Assembly: GCF_006345805.1 (NCBI RefSeq)
Contig: NC_043005.1
Location: 40,548,001 to 40,612,000, forward strand
From: Octopus sinensis
Taxonomy: Eukaryota
Length of the DNA: 64,000 bases
Direction: 5' to 3'
Under the pieces are notes generated by a model, which worked only from the letters and a program-made list of their open reading frames with translations, was not told where the DNA came from and searched no databases. The position numbers and the translations under genes were made by a program. Positions 14,777 to 27,791 of the stretch are shown here, one piece after another. Every line of letters starts with the position of its first letter. The first letter of the stretch is position 1.

Positions 14777-15119
14777 CATATATATATACGTAAAGCTAGA
14801 ACATCCCAATGCTACACATATATATATCTAAACCTTTGTAGAGATGATCCACATTTGGAATCAAGAATTCAAATTCTCCACTTTACCTTCAAACATTCAA
14901 TTTTAGGGAAGATTCCTTGATGAAGTGTGTGTGTGTGTGTGTGTGTGTGCGTGTGCGTGTGTGCGTGCATGTTTCTGTGTGTGCGCGCATGTGTGCATGT
15001 TTCTGTGTGTGTGTATTATGTGTGTGTGGTTGGGAATATGTCCATGTTTATACTGTGTAACTTCGATCATGCCTCTTTCAGTTTCATAATTTTTCGTTAG
15101 AGAACATTAGTATAATACT

Positions 15120-15425
15120 TACAGAACGTACTGCCTCTGCTTTTCTTTCAAACATTCAACTTTGAAGAGAATTTTTTTTGATGAAATGTAGTTCCCTTTT
15201 CGGTGTTGCGGATTGTCCCGTGCACATTTATAAAAGAGAAGAATTTTGAATTTTCTGTCACCGCATATTTCCTGATGCTTACTTAATGGAATTTTCTTGT
15301 CGGATTTGTTGCCTGTGGATTCTTGCACGTTGGCAGAGAGAATTATCTATTTCGTCAATGTAATTTTCTTTGCAGTTTGGGTAGGTAATGCAGTACATGA
15401 GGTTTTGCATTTTGCAGTTCATATC

Positions 15426-15430
<5 letters not shown>
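15120..15430 (-). pseudogene. Penelope-like GIY-YIG endonuclease fragment (frameshifted)
   Basis: The minus strand translates to ADMNCKMQNLMYCITYPNCKENYIDEIDNSLCQRARIHRQQIR and then, after a frameshift, KIPLSKHQEICG..FKILLFYK. This is colinear with the GIY-YIG domain at 31301-31789 and abuts a (TA)n tract. Confidence 0.8.
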
Positions 15431-15514
<84 letters not shown>

Positions 15515-15733
15515 ACAGAGAGAAAGAGAGAGTCCAAACTTACAGAAAACAGAAGACAAAGACAGGTGAGGGAACAACAAGTAGGTGAATCAGTTTGTCG
15601 CTCGGGAAGAATGGAAAAGTCTATGACGTTTCGAGCCTATGCTCTTCGATAGAAAGGGTTGAGAGGAAAAGAGTTGAGAGAGAGCGCGAAAAAAAAAACG
15701 GAGAGAGAAAAAAGATGCGTAGAGATTACCGCT
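15515..15733 (-). mobile_element. (TA)n-inserted hammerhead-like element, copy 3 (diverged)
   Basis: Minus strand CTTT CTATCGA A GAGC ATAG GCTC GAAAC GTC ATAG at 15656-15621; TA tracts on both sides. Confidence 0.65.
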
Positions 15734-16176
15734 ATATATATATATATATATATATATATTGTACATGGGGGAAATTTTCGTTCTACTTTTCATAATTCAA
15801 ACGTTTTAAACCAGTTAATTTATGCATATACACCGCCATGGTTAAATAGTTTAGAAGGTCGCTTCATAATCATTCGATTCCGTGTTCGCTGTCTTTACAT
15901 AGCAACTTTGGATAAATGTCGTCTAGCAAAATCTTGAGTTGTCCCTAACCTTTGTGGGGGAGATTGAGTACACGGAAATTGTGGAATGAATTTATCGATT
16001 ATATACAGGGTTAGCCTTGCCTTGTCACATTTCTGTCACGATGATTCTAGCTAATAAATGCGTTAAGGATACAACTGTCTGTTGAATATCAGCCACATCC
16101 GCGTCAATTCAATTAGCGAGTGGTAGAGATGATCGAACAGCTTGGACACGCATCATTGAAACCGATAGAGATCCTT

Positions 16177-16218
<42 letters not shown>

Positions 16219-17786
16219 CAAAATAATATTTCTTTACCCAATATGGCTTTTTATAATCTACAATCCCGAGCAATACAAAGAAAGCTTACCCAGCCTACGC
16301 CATTAGAAGAACTTTCCAGGTGCAAGCATTCAGACCCTAACCCTAACCCTAACAACGAGAAAGACTACTTCGTTATATGTATTTATTAAGGGCAAGCTGG
16401 CAGAATCGTTAGAGTGTCGAACAAAATGCTTTGCTGTATTTCCTTCGGCTCTTGACGTTCTGAGTTCAATTCCTTTTCATTCTTCTTGGGTATGTAGAAG
16501 AAATCTCCTTCCCTCAAAATTGCTGGCATTGTGCCTAAAACCGAAACACGGTGTGTCTCTCATTTTGTTTATCTAGGAACTGTATAGCCGAATGGTTACA
16601 GTCGATCCTACTGCGTCACATCTTAGGCAAATGCCACTTTTTAACGATCTCGTGTCGACCCATAGCTTGCCAATGAAACTGGATATATGGAAACTGTGTA
16701 GAAGCCCATCAAGTGGATTGTACGTGCAGTTTCAAAGGTCCAACCTTATTCTGCCTAGAAATCCACATTAAGACTTCACACGTCTGTGGAGTACTCGACC
16801 ACTTACATGCTAATTCATTAAACCTCCTGGCTCAGTTACTCAAGCGACCGAATACTCAGTTACAAATTCTCTCCGAGATTCATTTATGTGGCTATTTTAC
16901 TCAATGTTTTTATAATGATTTTTTGTTGTCATTGTAACGTTTGTCTTTCAGGGACCCCGTGACAACTAATCAAACACTCACAAAATCTCATTTGTTCTTC
17001 CACTTTATGTTTTGGGTTCAAATTCTATTGGAGTCACCTTTGCCTTTCATCCCTCCGGGGTCGATACAATAAAGGGCTATAATTCGATATTGGTATACCA
17101 GGTCACTCACCCACACGACCGTCGAAAAAGACGGTGAATGACGTCGTCTCCTCACACCGACACTCTTAGGACTGATACCGAAGGAGAGTCAAATACAGTA
17201 CCAGTGGTATTGGCTATTACCCCTCCTCTCAAAATTGCTGGCTTTGTGCTAAATCATTGTCGACATCGTCGTCGTTGTCGTCGTGGTCGTTGTTATTAAC
17301 TAATAATTGACTGCTTATAACGCTCAAGGCACTTTTTTTATTATGTAGGAATGAAAACGTAGAAAACGAAAAGAAAGCAAGGTTAAACCAAGGGTCGAGG
17401 CTGCTTTTCCTTTCATACATTAGTGTTATTTTTATATTTTCCCCTATTTATTTAATTTTAAACCTAAAGAACCTCTTGGCTTTATTCCTCCCACTCACAA
17501 ACCTCCAATTTCGCGCCCCGACCTTTGTTAGCCATCTTACTCCTCCATCAAAACCGACAGAAAGAATTGGCAGGAGGACGGACCTCTGACCGATATTTCC
17601 GGCTAAGATTTTTCGTTCATTTGTCTATGCGTGTACGTGATTGTATATATGTGTGTTTATATCTGTGTGAGTTTGATCGAGTGTTCATCCGCACGCGTGT
17701 ATGCGAGTGTTTGTGTCTGTGAGTTTGTGTGCATGTGTGTGTGCGTGTGGAAATGCAACATTGTGAACCTGCGGGTTTTTATTAGT

Positions 17787-17833
<47 letters not shown>

Positions 17834-19017
17834 TATCTAAATATATTAATCTGTAGTTCTTTTTTTATTTGCTCATTTACTCCTCCCTCTCCACCCCTGA
17901 ATTCACCCACTACACCAGTATAGTTATAGCATCTTCCTGTTGGTTATTATCACTTCTACACGAACAAATGCCTCGAAAATCTTCACTTCGCTGGAGATAT
18001 AACAACCTCGTTTCCTTCGCCAACACAAAGCCTAATCATTACACTTTATATCAAGGAAACAAATTCTACCCTGCACACTTCATACATATGAATAATATAC
18101 GATTTAATCCCTAAATCTCTCAAGGTAATCCCTCATCTATCACATTGCCAAATTTGCATATATAAGGCTAATTTTATTCTTTGAAGGCCAGAAAATATTC
18201 AAACCCTGATCAGTTTTTGATCTTATACAAGTGTAAACGGCATTAAAGTACTACTTAAGTATCTGGAAGTCAGTTTTCGTGGTTTTTATTATCGATATCT
18301 AGATGCTGTTACGACATACACGAACATTTTAAGCTGTATCTGAAATAAGGTCTTCCAACTGATTGGTAACGATTCACTCATTAATATGCTACAGTTTATA
18401 GCACACAGATATGCAGTTCGTGCTCTTTGAATCCACTGCTGTTACCACAGTAGCTTCTGTGTTTCTTTTCCTTTTCTCTTTATTGGTCTGGTTTGGAGGA
18501 ATGAGCTGTATTCATGGCATACTCTGCCAAACCAATAAGATTAAATCGGTTAACGTACCTCTTGAAAAAAACTGCATGCCGGAAGCTGCGGGAAGAAGGA
18601 AGATGTAATTACAGAAGCTGACGTTCTGGGAGAAGAACTAGACGTAGAGGTTAGTGTAAGACCTAAAAGATGACGAATACAATATTGGGGAACGATAGAA
18701 GAGATGAAAAATTCGGAAGTTTTTGAATGAAAGTGGTACGGGACCAGCTAGAAAGATTTAGGGTATTAATGCCATCGTAGGAGCAAAAGAAAAGGGAGAG
18801 AAAGAGGGGGTGGGGTGATAGCAGGTCTGTGAGACAATGGTTGGAATGTGTTGGAGAGTAACTTCATGTGAATCAGTCGAGTGGCCTCTCTTTGCCTTTC
18901 GATGCTGTGTACCACTTAAGTTATGACCTGTCGGATGCACCTATCTTACATCTACATAATATTCCTACTTTTCCTAATCATTCTTCCTCTAAAGCTACAA
19001 CTGCTTAGAAATCATTT

Positions 19018-19112
<95 letters not shown>

Positions 19113-19348
19113 CTATCTCTGTCTCTTTCTCTCTCCATACATACACACGTTTCTTCAAAATGCGTCGATTGAAAAGAAAAAAAAGTTCAGTCTGCGCATC
19201 AATCCCATCGATTCTCTTGTGAATCTGGCAAGACCTACAAAGTCTATCAATGCTAACATAAATAAGGAATGTCTATGATATATGTATGAGTATACAGTAC
19301 CGCTGTCAAACGTGTTGATTTAACGATCCTATATGTTAAGCAAGAGTT

Positions 19349-19568
19349 GGCAGAAACGTTAGCACGCCGGGCGAAATGCGAAGCCGTATTTCGTCTGCCG
19401 TTACATTCTGAGTTCAAATTCCGCCGAGGTTGACTTTGCCTTTCATCCTTTCGGGGTCGATAAATTAAGTACCAATTACGTACTGGGGTCGATGGAATCG
19501 ACTTAATCCCTTTGTATGTCCTTGTTTGTCCCCTCTGTGTTTAGCCCCTTGTGGGTAGTAAAGAAATA
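19349..19568 (+). mobile_element. OK-like SINE with a 19-bp target-site duplication
   Basis: TATATGTTAAGCAAGAGTT occurs at 19330-19348 and 19569-19587, flanking the SINE. Confidence 0.9.
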
Positions 19569-20099
19569 TATATGTTAAGCAAGAGTTCCGAAATATTGCC
19601 TGCATACAAGCATAGGAACAAATTCTTAACGGATTTCAACTACTGACTGAGAAACTGCAACCAATTTTATCGTCATCGGCACAGTTTATTGATTAAGCCA
19701 GGTTACGCCACACGCTAGTAATTCCACCTCTTCATACATCTGTAATGATCACTTGACTACCATCGGATATCTCATAATGGTATCAGCTCCTATACAAGCA
19801 AATGGTTAATTTCTATGGAAATCCTTTCACTCCCACCCGTTAACAGCCGCTAGCCCTTCGTTACTAGGCACCATATCACCTTATGAAAAGGTTGATCAAC
19901 GAAGGCCAAATATTTCCGACGATGCATGCCTATTTTTTTTTTTTATCCTTCATTTCTAAGTTCCTCCATTTGTCCTTTTGTCATCTGAATGATCACATGT
20001 GATGAAAAACTCTGGATAGCAATGAAGTGAATCATCAGTTTCAAATGATTAAGCACCACTACTTGTATTGAGTACGTTTTCTTCCATTTGTTTAACAGA

Positions 20100-21367
20100 G
20101 ATTACATATGACAGAAGTAAATAGACACACTTATAATCATTAAAATTTATTTAACTCTGAAATTATACATTCAAATTATTTATTAATTGTTATAATGTGA
20201 ATATTTAATATTTAGTAGACATGCCCTTTGCATTTTTCAATGCAAAGACCCTATTAGGCAATGTTACTGATCAGATGGCGAATATTCTCTTGCGGAATTT
20301 CTTATCAAGTTTCATGCAGTAATCTCAAAAGATCTGGCTTTGAAAATTCATTCTTGTTCTTTTTATGAAGTATCCTATCCATTATGTCTCAGAGGTGTTC
20401 AACAGGGTTCATATTTGGTGACTGGCTTGGCAACAAAAGCTTTTTAATGCCATTCTCATCCAACAAATCTTGGGTCATTTTATCCCTGTAACAAGGAGCC
20501 TCATCTTCCATAAATAAAGAGTATAAATAAAGAAATAATCATTTCACTACTCGAGACAATTGGAAGGTGTCCTTCCTGCAATATAGACACATATTTATCT
20601 GAGTTTATGTTTCCCTCAAACGCCACCAACTCTGAGTGACCATTGTCCCAAATTGCTCTCCAGACCATCACAGAATAGCTGCCGTGTTTCATTGTTAGCT
20701 GCAATCTTTTCACATCAAATTCTTGATCACATAGTCTTCAGACCCACATTCGACCACTGTCAGGAAATACAGAAAATCTGGACTCATTGGAGAATATGAC
20801 AGTATCATAAATTGCTAGTAGCCTCTCCAACATCTCACTGGCCCAATCTTTTCTCCGTTTGATATTGGCTGGTCGAAGAAATGACTCCTTTCTTGCTGTT
20901 CTGCTATAGTAACCAAGTTTGTGGAGATACCTGGCAGCTGTTCTGGGACTGACATCAACTTGTTCAGCTATGTCAGAGGACTTGCAACAAGGAGTATCCT
21001 CCACACTTCTCTGAACAAAACGAAGGGTGCTGTCAGAGGTCCCTAGTTGATCTGGACGAGGTGATGTGAACACCTTCCCCTCTGTGACGAATTGCATAAC
21101 CACTCTCTGTAGAAAGCGGGATCCCAAGATTTTCTTCGATTTTACGCTGATTATGCCCACTTTCACAATAAAACAGAACGCTGTCTTCATGGCCTCTTTG
21201 AAATTTAGACAGTTCCCAGGCTTCGTTTGTATATGGCATGATTAACCAGTTACATACAGGACCTGAAACATAAAATGACAATTAATAAAAAGTATAAACT
21301 TTTACAAGTTAGAATAAACATAAAACGATGTTTTATGGAGTATCTATTTACTTCTGTAATGTCTGCG

Positions 21368-21369
<2 letters not shown>
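20100..21369 (-). mobile_element. Degenerate Tc1-family DNA transposon
   Basis: Broken transposase with VIFSNESRF, VMVWRAI, FMEDEAPCY and PSQSPNMNPVEHL (DD34E-type motifs). Inverted terminal core ACAGAAGTAAATAGAYAC near 20111 and 21340-21358. Confidence 0.9.
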
Positions 21370-21399
<30 letters not shown>

Positions 21400-21660
21400 T
21401 GTATGTATGTATGTATGTATGTACGTACGTACGTACGCATGTATGTATGTATATTTGTATGTATGTATGTATGTATGTATGTGCGTGTTTGTTATCGGTA
21501 GGTTATTACGCACTGTGCGTGTATTATTATTACTGACGTAATGACCCACCTCACCGCCGCAAAGTACAAGGTTTATTTCAACACACGGATTCACAAAAAG
21601 AATCTTGCAAACCAAAAACAAAAACTAAATAGATACACACACATATATGTGCGTGCGTGC

Positions 21661-21704
<44 letters not shown>

Positions 21705-22286
21705 TGTGTGTGTGTGTGCGTGTGCGTGCGTGCGTGCGTGCGTGTGCGTGCGTGAGCGTGCGTGTGTGTCTGTGTTACAGAGTCAGAATTATACGTTTTG
21801 AAATTTGCGGGGAATAACAAATTGAAGACATTTCCTTCTTATAAAAATGTTCAAAGAACTATTTACAATGCCGTAAAGAAATAGAAAAACAAAGATTCTG
21901 AAACTAAACTCATAACTGTTCTCCTTAAAATGACGCAAATAATAAACGTTTCTTTGTAAAAACTTTATAAATATTACACATTTAAATCATGAAAACTCCG
22001 GAACATAAAAAAGCGTTTGAATGAAAAGACAGCGTTCTATTTTAAATTAATCTGTTTCAACCGATTTTATTGTTACTGTCATCGCACTGTCAGTGATGTT
22101 TTTGTTTTTTTTTGTTTTCGTTATTTTTTTCCCTTCATATTAATAAATAGCGTTTCATTCTTCTGACAGTAATCTTTTATCAGTTTATCAATACAGTAGC
22201 AAAAACAAAAACATTTTTATACCAAAGTGTCTGTTTGTGACAGAGACAAATAGTAGGAGTGTGGATGTGTATGAGTGCGTGTCTGC

Positions 22287-22362
<76 letters not shown>

Positions 22363-22750
22363 TACATACATACATGCATATATATATATATATATATATA
22401 TATAGGTATATAAAGAGAGAGAGATACATACATACAGGCACACATACATACATACATACATACATACATACATACATACATACATACATACTCTCTGTAG
22501 TCTATTGACTACATAAAGTCTGTAAATTTGATAAGTGCCAATAGATGAAACTCGCGGGACTTGAGTCACTCTGCGACTTCAGCCGATTAACAAATATGAT
22601 AATATTCACGCGTGTATGTATATGTATGTGAATGTGTGTGTATAATTATATATATATAGAATATATGATAAGACGATTTCTTTAATACAGTATGCATTAA
22701 AGAGAAACTACACCCAAAGAATGACACCAAGTGCCCTATATGTTGCGTGG

Positions 22751-22815
<65 letters not shown>

Positions 22816-23006
22816 ATATGTAATACATTGTTTATACATGTTAGGTGTAATTGCGCGATTGAAACTATTACCAACCTGAAAGCAAAGCTGCCCTGAACCG
22901 TCAAACTGAAAATATCTCCATGGAAATACATATTCATAGGGATAGATCCTGACATCAAAGGTTAAACATGATATAGTTGTGTAACCTAGGTTTCCAATAA
23001 CATCGA

Positions 23007-23040
23007 TATAAATGCTTAGAATAATTCGAAAATTCATTCG
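23007..23040 (+). promoter_or_regulatory. Candidate TATA box + initiator for the Cys-rich gene
   Basis: TATAAA at 23007 and TCATTC at 23034-23039 (A at 23036, 29 nt downstream); a GTAAGA donor-like site lies at 23180. Motif-only evidence in AT-rich DNA. Confidence 0.3.
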
Positions 23041-23996
23041 TTTGATTGCTCTGTTCATAAGTAACATCTTATTATGTACAAGCACAAAATAGAGATATTA
23101 TATTCCCTTGTGGATATAATGATAGTTTTTCTGAAGTGATATCCTCGCAACTACAAACATTTCCACCGCATACATTACTGTAAGAGTTACACTAATGAAT
23201 AAAATCTATGGTCATCGATCTGAGAAACTTTGCAGCTTATATTGTTATCTTCTTAATATGCATGCATGCATGCATGTATGTATGTATGTATGTATGTATG
23301 TATGTATGTATGTATGTATGTATGTATGTATGTATGTATGTATGTATGTATGTATGTATGTATGTATGTGTTCTAAGACGTAGGCCATAATTGTTCCACC
23401 TAAGGTGGTTGGAATTTTGCGTAGGAGCATATCTGTTCAAGGAAAACGTTATATGATATGTAATCTCTTTTGAGGGTACTAATATTGAACACCTACAAAT
23501 ACTGCTATCGATATCCGGAAAAAAATTACTGATTACAAAATCATTCATTTCGAGTAATTATCAAGATGAAATATATTTAAAACAAATTGTTACCTTTTTT
23601 TTCTTTCTGTTTTTTGAGTGCAGGCTTATAAATCTGAACTGACACTTTTTTTTTCTAAATTCTTTGGAAGTATCATTCTGAGTAAAACAACATTACCAGA
23701 CCAACTGCAGATTTTGAACATCTTTCTAAAGCAATTTTATCAACCTATAATGAATTCCTGTGAATATATTTAACTTAGGTATTGCTAAACCTAGGCAAGG
23801 CGAGATATTTCTAATATCCACATATATTTTGTCGCACTGTGAAAATAGAACCACGAATGACCTTTGTGATAAACCGTGTATATTCATTTTTATCGATTAG
23901 GATTCGTTCGCCTCTCTTTCCCAAACTTTAGAATATTAGGGGGCATTACAATCCACCGAAAAGTTGCTCTTAGTATGTTCCCCCCACCCACTAAAT

Positions 23997-24065
23997 ATGT
24001 ATGGTAATGGATCCTTATATCTATTCATAACTCATATCATAACTGTAGGTTATTGGTGTACATGT
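23997..24065 (+). CDS. Candidate first coding exon (signal peptide) of the Cys-rich secreted protein
   Basis: ATG followed by MYGNGSLYLFITHIITVGYWCTC, ending at a perfect GTAAGT donor in phase 0, which matches the phase-0 exon at 26421. Confidence 0.5.
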
Positions 24066-24193
24066 GTAAGTGGTATAGGTATATTAATAAATGTGTAGCT
24101 ACTAAGAACTTCAACAGCAAAAAAGCATTTGAATAACTGGGGTTTCTGGAAAAAGAGAGACTAGAAATCTTGATCCAAATTCTTAGAGAACCT

Positions 24194-24615
24194 GGATCTT
24201 TTCGGTTTGAACGGCAGTTTTTTCTAGCGGTGTCATATGAAATTGTCACCCATAATTATGACCCTAGAATCGATCTATTGCATTTCAATCTCTTTTAGGG
24301 TTATGGTTAGTTAGGGTTAGGGGTGGTGGAAGAGTATCTTTTTTTCTTCACAAATGTAAATAAACCCAATCTGTTTCTTAAACGAGGGACATATTCATAC
24401 GGCACAGAATGCTTTTTAACTCAATAGACGTCACTGATTGGTTGAAATTGCAGAAACTGAAGAAAAAAACCCAAATATCTTACAAACTATAGAATTTTCT
24501 CAATAAAGCCGAGGAAAAGATGTTTTATAAACACATTCTACCAGTATACGAAGTTTAAAATATTTTTGTTACCTAGAAATTATGTTAAAAACTGCCGTTC
24601 AAACCGAAAAGATCC
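24194..24615. mobile_element. MITE with GG-terminal TIRs (Merlin-like), copy 1
   Basis: TIR GGATCTTTTCGGTTTGAACGGCAGTTTT / AAAACTGCCGTTCAAACCGAAAAGATCC; flanks GAGAACCT / AAGAACTT match at 6 of 8 positions (degenerate TSD). Confidence 0.85.
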
Positions 24616-24921
24616 AAGAACTTTCTTAAACGACATATCAGTCATCAGATATTTACAATCAAGGGATAGCCAGTATGTATGACACCCTTAATCCATACAG
24701 TTATATTGGTTTAAAATTTTGGCACAAGGCCAGCAATTTCAGGAGAGGGGTAAGTCGGTTACATCGACTCCTGTGCTCAACTGGTATTCTTTTATCGATT
24801 CCGAAAGGATGAAAGGCAAAGTCAACACCGGCGGAATTTGAATTGAGGACGCAAAATGGTCGAAATGTCGCTAAGCATCTTTCTCGGCGTGTTAACGATT
24901 CTACCAGCTCACCGCCTTACT

Positions 24922-26055
24922 TCATGCAGTTATATTAACTAAGAATATATAGTGACTAAGGATAACAAATGTGTTGACTGCAGATAACACTTGTGTTAAC
25001 TAAAGACAACAAACCGACTGACTTATGTTAACGTCTATCGATGAACCGTAACAGGTGTAATTACTAAAGAGAACAAGTATTGATTAAGGATAGCAGATGT
25101 AATTCAACAATTAAATAGATAATAGATATATTAGTTAAAAGTAACTGACGTATAGACTAATAATAACTGACATATGGACTAAATATAAAAGAGATTTTGT
25201 CTAAATATAAGAGATGCATGGACATATAGTTAGTAGATGTATTGATTAAATAAATAATGAATTTACAGTTAATATTCTTCGTCCATATGTTGGACATCTT
25301 TATGTTGAAACATTCTTCTTCAGTTCATACGTCTGTTTTCCTTAGTCCTATATATCTGTTGTCCTTCTTTCGAACGTCTACTACGTATAGCCTATACCAT
25401 TTTTGGATCTTTTCGGTTTGAACGGCAGTTTTTTCTAGCGGTGTCATATGAAATTGTCACCCATAATTATGACCCCTAGTATCGATCTATTGCATTTCAA
25501 TCTGTTTTAGGGTTAGGTTAGTTAGGGTTAGGGGTGGGGGGAAGGGTATCTTTTTTTCTTCACAAATGTAAATAAACCCAATCTGTTTCTTAAACGAGGG
25601 ACATTTTCATACGGCACAGAATGTTTTTTTACCTCAATAGACGACATTGATTGGTTGAAATTGCAGAAATTGAAGAAAAAAACAACAAATATCTTACAAA
25701 CTATAGAATTTTCTCAATAAAGCCAAGAGAAAAAGATGTTTTATGAATACATTCTACCAGTATACGAAGTTTAAAAGTGTTTAGTTACGTGGAAATTATT
25801 TAAAAAAAACTGCCGTTCAAACCGAAAAGATCCCCATTTTTTTTATATCTAATCTATACGTCTGCTGTAATTAGTCGATACGTCTGTTATCTTTAACCAA
25901 TATGTCTATCATTTGTTTATTTAGTCAATACATCTGCTATCCTTAACAAATACGCGTTAACGTTTGTCTGTATGCTTGTTAACCTGAGTTAATACATCTG
26001 TATTCTGTAGTCAACAACACGTTTTTATCCAATATGTTTAGCCAATACGGCTATG
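24922..26055. repeat. Degenerate foldback palindrome built from ~21-bp subrepeats, interrupted by a MITE
   Basis: 24922-25200 is colinear with the reverse complement of 25845-26055 (e.g. TTAAGGATAGCAGATGTA / TACATCTGCTATCCTTAA); centre near 25265. Confidence 0.75.
25405..25833. mobile_element. MITE with GG-terminal TIRs (Merlin-like), copy 2
   Basis: Same TIRs as copy 1; perfect 8-bp TSD CCATTTTT at 25397-25404 and 25834-25841. Confidence 0.9.
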
Positions 26056-26376
26056 CGTCGGGGAGAGTCCATTACATGAGTTTCATGATCGGAACCATCT
26101 ATGGATTGTAGTGGTGCTGGGGGTGGGAGTCGGTCTTCATGCAAAAAGCTCTGACAAAGCCAGCAGGAAGAATTGATAAAGCATTCAATTTTACAAAGTC
26201 AGTAGTACCAATAACAGAATACGGACTGGCCAACTTTCAATCGGTTCTCTCTTACCACATAGAGCCAGTTATTCTCTCTTTGAGTGGTGGTCAACAAGCC
26301 ATTAAAAAAAAGGGAGACACTTTATAACATACTAAATCTTACTCTGTTGAAAGAATTTGATATCTTTTTTATTTGT

Positions 26377-26407
<31 letters not shown>

Positions 26408-26420
26408 TGTTTCGCTTCAG

Positions 26421-26580
26421 GAAGAGGACGATATTCCAGACTGCGGTACGCATGCTGCTTGTAAAACAGTGATAGAGTATGGTGAAAGAATGTACAGTTC
26501 AAAACTGGACATTTGTAAATGTCGAAACGAGACCAGTTGTCCGACCTCCAATTCAATCGTCAGATACATTGGCGTGAAAA
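26421..26580 (+). CDS. Coding exon of Cys-rich secreted protein (Argos / scoloptoxin-11-like), module 1
   Basis: Acceptor TTTCGCTTCAG, donor GTAAGT; encodes EEDDIPDCGTHAACKTVIEYGERMYSSKLDICKCRNETSCPTSNSIVRYIGVK and ends in phase 1. Confidence 0.9.
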
Positions 26581-26880
26581 GTAAGTTTTTTATAAATCAC
26601 GTCTGAAATATTTTCTCCTCTCCTTTCTATAACATCTATAATTGTTTCTAATTTAGATACAAGGCTAGTTAGTGATTTTGAGAATAAGTGGTAGTGTTGG
26701 GCTAAGCGCTGTCGATTACGTCAACCCCATTGTGCAACTCGTACTTTTTTTTATCGGCCCTGAAAGGATGAAAAGGCAAAGTTGATCTCGTCGGAATTTG
26801 AACCCAGGCGATCGAAATGTTTCTAAACATTTCGTCTGGCGTTCTAACAATTTTGCCTGCTCGCCGTCTGGCTGCTGCTG

Positions 26881-26946
<66 letters not shown>

Positions 26947-27236
26947 CTTTCTACTATAGGAGCAAGGCATGCAATTTTGTGTGAGGGGACTATTCGATTA
27001 CATCGACCCCTGTGCTCAACTGGTACTTTTATCAAACCCGAAAGGATGAAAGGCAAAGTCGACCTCAACAGAATTTTGAATTCATCAGACGGATGAAATG
27101 CTGCAAAGCACTTTGCCCCGTGTGCTAACAATCTGCCACCTCACCGCCTTATTTCGAGTTAATATTGATATCTTTTTCTAGTTAACTGCAAACATACCCA
27201 TGCATAACCATTCTGTTGGTGAACTGATGATGTCAA

Positions 27237-27555
27237 GGCACATGACTCAGTGGGCTCACAATCATGATGTAGTGAGTTTGATTCTTGGACTGGGCTGTGT
27301 TCTTGAGCAAGACACTTTATTCCATGTTGCTCCAGTCCCATCAGCTATAGAAATGAGTTGCAATATCACTGATATGAAGCTGTATTAACTTTTACCATTC
27401 CCTTGGATAACATCAGAAGCATGAAGAGTTAGGACTGGTATGCATGGGCGATGGCTGGTCTTCCATAAAAAAAAAAAACCTTACCTGGACTTGTGCCTCG
27501 GAGGGTAACTTTCTAGGTGCAATCCCTTAGTCGTTCATGACTGAAGTGGGTCTTT
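27237..27555 (+). mobile_element. OR2 / Ceph-SINE-like element
   Basis: CATGACTCAGTGG...GAGTTTGATTC...TGTTCTTGAGCAAGACACTTTAT; short TTAC-repeat tail. Confidence 0.75.
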
Positions 27556-27791
27556 ACTTACTTACTTTGAATATATGATTACCTAATAAAAATAAAAATT
27601 CTAATGAAAGAACTTGTTCCAGAGTTGGAGTCTTTGATTCTAAATGCTGAGAAATTTGTAAAATATAGCCAGATGAATAAACATTCAGAGTAAAAAGAAA
27701 ATAGTCCTATTTATTTATATATGTGTTTATCTAGTTATTCATTTATTTTTCTATTCATTTTGCATTTATTATGCTTTTACCTCATTTTCAG

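Noticed and set aside
16335-16352. (CCCTAA)3 telomere-like repeat
   Set aside because: Only three units; too short for an interstitial telomere and similar tracts occur inside local MITEs.
18411-18608. 65-aa ORF with a hydrophobic stretch, considered as the signal exon
   Set aside because: No convincing phase-0 donor after the hydrophobic segment, and the context looks like decayed repeat.
22721-22816. ATG plus poly-Ile/Leu pseudo signal peptide
   Set aside because: The hydrophobic run is an (ATT)n microsatellite ending in a stop codon.
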